A DNA stretch of 64,000 nt from Tubulanus polymorphus (taxonomy: Eukaryota; Animalia; Nemertea): contig NC_134026.1 of the NCBI RefSeq assembly GCF_964204645.1, positions 5,417,950 to 5,481,949 of the forward strand, in the 5' to 3' direction. Shown piece after piece: positions 58,627 to 64,000 of this stretch. Every line of letters begins with the position of its first letter. Positions within the stretch are counted from its first letter, which is position 1. Position numbers and translations under genes: made by a program. The notes beneath the pieces were generated by a model. The model was not told the origin of the DNA. It saw only the letters and a list, made by a program, of their open reading frames with translations, and made no database searches.

Positions 58627-59992
58627 TTTATTAAAGAATTTCAGAATTAGTCGGCCCAACAGGCCACATCGACCATATATAGACCACTTATGCGCAGCTT
58701 ATGGCTGTTATTGGAAGAAAATAATCCTCTAAATAATTGAAACAAAAATAAGTCATATTTACATCGAGCACCAACAGGAAATGTCATAATCTGCCTGGAC
58801 GGTAGCACCATTTTGTGAACTCAGCGGTTTTTGCATAACAAATTGTTCACTCGGGACTAAAAACAATTCCTTTCAAATGAGCTTGATTGTAGTCGAACAC
58901 GATTGCAAAGTTAAAATGGAGACTAGAATTGAAGCTCAATATACTTGGAATCATTCAACATAAATGCATAATGGTGGTAATATCACAGGTTTTGTAATCA
59001 TGAAAGACAACCAAAGACTTCTTAAATGCAATAAGTCCTTTCATGACGAAAGAGACAGTTTGATTTTTGAGATCACTATTTGAACTGGTTTGATTTCACC
59101 ACACGTATGTTCCAACTGCTCAGTTTGGAAGTTCATTAATCTCACCAATTGCGGGCTCCGTTTATTCAAAGAATGTGGTCACCTTTTTGAGCAAAACCGT
59201 TGAAAAGCTGAAGAGCCACTGAATGCGGAAGGCACTTACACACACATCACAAATATTGTGTACGCGAATCAGATACACCTGAAAACCATGGGAGCTTTAA
59301 CTATTCAACTCTAATCAATAACCACCCTTTTCATTGGAATGATAGGAATTCACTGGAATGAAAAGAGTATTCGTTGGAATGCGTGAAATTGCAGCAGACT
59401 GCATTCGGCCTTCACTGACAACAGCAACCTTTCAGCATTTTCAGTTTTTTTTCTCTCCGAACTGTTTTTTTCCAGCATCAGCTCATACCCATCGTACATT
59501 ATGCATTTATCGGTCATATCCATCCGCTATCCAGGCAGTGTGCATACAACATTCACTGCGTCCGTTCTAAACCAATCGGAGTTTGTTCTGATAATCGACT
59601 CCGGTTGGCTTAAATTGCTTTTCGACACTCGGAACATTTTTGTCAGTGCTCTTTTTTCCCCCAAAGCCGCAGTCACATCAAATAATTTCCAGTATGAATT
59701 GAAGTTCTTTTCGAATTGAAAGATATTTGACATAATTGAAGCCGACCTCTGCATCTATAGAGATGTGAACTATATATACATCCCACGTTAAAAACAGTGA
59801 GCGATTTAGAATGTTGTAAAACTCCATTATACAGAGTTAGAATTTGATTTGATTAAACATTTTAACTCGTTGGAACTTGAAACAGAACATCAATCATTTT
59901 TCTTGCAAAGAAACAGTTTAAGTAATTCGAACATTTATACAAAGGAGTACCATACAACTGTTACTCCTCGAGTAGGATTCGTGAGAACGCTA
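58627..59992 (-). promoter_or_regulatory. Putative vasa 3' UTR with dense miRNA seed sites, two Pumilio elements and two AATAAA signals
   Basis: AATAAA (-) at 59161-59166 and 58627-58632; UGUAHAUA at 58756-58763 and 59773-59780; many seed matches (see findings). The UTR end is inferred from the poly(A) signal only. Confidence 0.65.

Positions 59993-64000
<4,008 letters not shown>

Noticed and set aside
59040-59110. bantam-like 23-mer as a miRNA gene on the plus strand
   Set aside because: No complementary arm is visible nearby to form a pre-miRNA hairpin; it fits better as a target site on the minus-strand vasa mRNA.

Overview
Eukaryotic, intron-rich animal DNA, probably from a lophotrochozoan or similar marine invertebrate (inference). 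Five recognisable genes were reconstructed by hand with phase-consistent GT-AG splicing: AP3D1 (+, 5' end outside the window, 28 exons, 1764-26742); a VLDLR/lipophorin-receptor-type LDL receptor with 8 LA repeats (+, 15 exons, 29159-36919); ANKUB1 (-, intronless CDS, 43537-45552); CIMAP2/LEXM (+, 10 exons, 53885-57177); and vasa/DDX4 (-, 5' end outside the window, stop at 59993). There is also a possible uncharacterised gene near 49.8-52.6 kb (-). Introns hold many non-autonomous elements: an L2 LINE 3' end, a tRNA/CORE-like SINE with an L2 tail, several MITE families, and a 39-bp palindrome with a 7-bp target-site duplication. The most striking observation is the putative vasa 3' UTR (about 58.7-59.6 kb). 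It is densely tiled with seed-complementary sites for about 20 conserved animal microRNA families, including eight 8-mers within about 340 bp, partly at about 20-nt spacing, and several have 3' supplementary pairing. This suggests a 'soma-exclusion cassette'. The miRNA sequences were recalled from memory and need checking against a database.
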